Source: Bacteroidales bacterium M2 (lineage in GTDB: Bacteria; Bacteroidota; Bacteroidia; Bacteroidales; Muribaculaceae). Taken from it: 64,000 nucleotides of DNA. The notes under the pieces are model-generated. The model made no database searches, was not told the DNA's origin, and saw nothing but the letters and a program-made list of their open reading frames with translations. Below, piece by piece: positions 63,913 to 64,000 of this stretch. The DNA is taken from NCBI GenBank assembly GCA_001689415.1, contig LUJM01000014.1:15359-79358 (forward strand). The letters run 5' to 3'. How positions within the stretch are numbered: position 1 is the first letter of the stretch; each line of letters opens with the position of its first letter. Both the position numbers and the translations under genes were made by a program.

Positions 63913-64000
63913 CAGAATACACCAAGGCCTTTGGCGATACAGATAGCGCCAACGATTAGACAGTAAACGGCAAACCAGATGAGTTTACCTTTCTTTACGA
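63912..64000 (-). CDS. uppP: C-terminus of undecaprenyl-diphosphatase (partial)
   Basis: ...VKKGKLIWFAVYCLIVGAICIAKGLGVF*; TGATG overlap with truB; uppP-truB-queA order is typical of Bacteroidales. Confidence 0.7.
   Translation of the reverse strand, partial: VKKGKLIWFAVYCLIVGAICIAKGLGVF

Overview
Chromosomal window from a Bacteroidales bacterium. TAnnTTTG promoters, Bacteroidota gene orders and short T9SS C-terminal signals suggest a Muribaculaceae/Prevotella-like gut lineage (inference). Most of it is housekeeping: ABC-F, FNT, ECF sigma cassette, rpmE, ackA-pta, radA, bioB, tex, typA, folP, cdaA, gap, queA, truB. Four regions stand out. (1) A ~17.3 kb single-strand respiratory super-operon (36854-54135, minus) in which a complete F1Fo ATP synthase operon (atpD-C-B-E-F-H-A-G) sits between nuoH and nuoI of an 11-subunit complex I lacking nuoEFG; the junction spacers are only 23 and 69 nt, with no visible promoter, terminator or mobile element. 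(2) An AT-rich restriction-modification island (16437-20013): two C5 methyltransferases flank a BpuJI-like type IIS endonuclease broken by a single in-frame TAA. (3) A T9SS operon porT-P-K-L-M-N followed by T9SS cargo genes (M6 protease, three-module LRR protein, PL9-like lyase). (4) Unexplained non-coding structure: a 33-bp tandem array (55493-55643), three cGAAg hairpins plus a 38-bp inverted repeat (60813-61026), and a structured nuoA leader. No tRNA, rRNA, CRISPR array, intact transposase or integrase was recognised. All calls are by eye; no searches were run.
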